Below the pieces are notes generated by a model that was not told the origin of the DNA, did no database searches, and saw only the letters and a program-made list of their open reading frames with translations. Positions 63,220 to 64,000 of a stretch of DNA of 64,000 nucleotides are shown piece after piece (positions within the stretch are counted from its first letter, which is position 1; each line of letters begins with the position of its first letter). The position numbers and the translations under genes were made by a program. The DNA is from Mobula hypostoma (lineage: Eukaryota). The stretch spans positions 120,468,001-120,532,000 of the forward strand of contig NC_086097.1 in the NCBI RefSeq assembly GCF_963921235.1, written 5' to 3'.

Positions 63220-63760
63220 TCAAAGGTAAGTTTGTGGTCATACGCACAATTACAATTCATACAGGTGCAATGATAAATTTACCTGCAGCAGCAAGATGGG
63301 AACTCTGCATCAGATAAGTAACATTCACAATGGAAGTACGTAAGCATAAGTGATACATAATCATTATAAGAAAGAACATACTTAGCGCAAACTATCCAGA
63401 AAAGTCCATTTTAGTGCAAATTGATCAAAGTTGTCAGTTTTGTAGTGTTAAGGCTTGTACCATTTGGTTCAAGAATCGAACGGTGGAAGGGAAGTAACTG
63501 TTTTCGAACCTTAAGGTATAGAAGTCCAATGGAAGAGAAGTCGACATGGCCCAGATGGTGAGGATATTCAATGATAAGTGTTGTCTTCTTGAGGCGGGAC
63601 CTCCTGTAGATACTACGGATAGGATGTAGGGATGTAGCCGTGATGTATTTGGCAAAGTACACTACTCTCTGTAGGTTCCACACACTTGAATCACCATATG
63701 AAACCATGCCAAAACGAGTCAAGAAACTTTCAATAGCACATTTGTATGATTTTTCCAATG
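63220..63760 (-). mobile_element. Old Rex/Babar-type LINE fragment
   Basis: YKCAIESFLT..VSYG..LQRVV..A..IT; FENSYFPSTVRFLN. Confidence 0.7.
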
Positions 63761-64000
63761 ATAAAAATCAATATAGATACTAATTATCAGTAGTTCTCGT
63801 CAGCTTATGCTTTAACTCTGACTCCTCGTCTATTCACTTAATACCACACAGTACTAAGTTTGTGCATGTGACCATTCTGCTGACTGTTGATTGCTCATGA
63901 CTATTAGTACTATTGCCTTGTAATTGGTTGGTTTGCTATTGTGTTGTCTGTTATTGTATTGTCCTATGTTTTATGCTTGGCACCGACCCACAATCAGTTC

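Overview
Eukaryotic, repeat-saturated intronic or intergenic DNA. The repeat mix (many CR1 and Rex/Babar LINEs, V-SINEs, Penelope-like repeats, fish-type L1) suggests a cartilaginous fish; that is an inference. I see no recognisable intact host gene, rRNA, tRNA or CRISPR array, and almost every ORF is transposon-derived. Main structures: (1) an 8.6-kb KIAA1586-like hAT element (2394-11039, TIRs plus degenerate 8-bp TSD) holding a Tigger fragment, a 5'-inverted L1 with a 16-bp TSD, a LINE tail, a solo LTR inside a solo LTR and a ~95-bp hairpin; (2) a multi-layer CR1/Rex nest (16.6-23.3 kb), ~150 bp of whose unique junction reappears inverted at 28.9 kb between two CR1 tails; (3) a Tf1/sushi-type chromovirus (30282-34563, minus) with a self-priming signature; (4) a fairly young, compacted SCAN-gag Gmr1-like Gypsy element (52887-57819); (5) three copies of a Tc1 derivative ending in a double-TIR cassette; (6) Penelope repeats with hammerhead-like cores, non-autonomous retroposons and a Harbinger nuclease fossil. 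I found no convincing new biological system; the best leads are mechanistic footprints. Boundaries were read by eye: those with TSD/TIR evidence are exact, LINE fragment edges are approximate, and family names come from motif recognition, not database searches.
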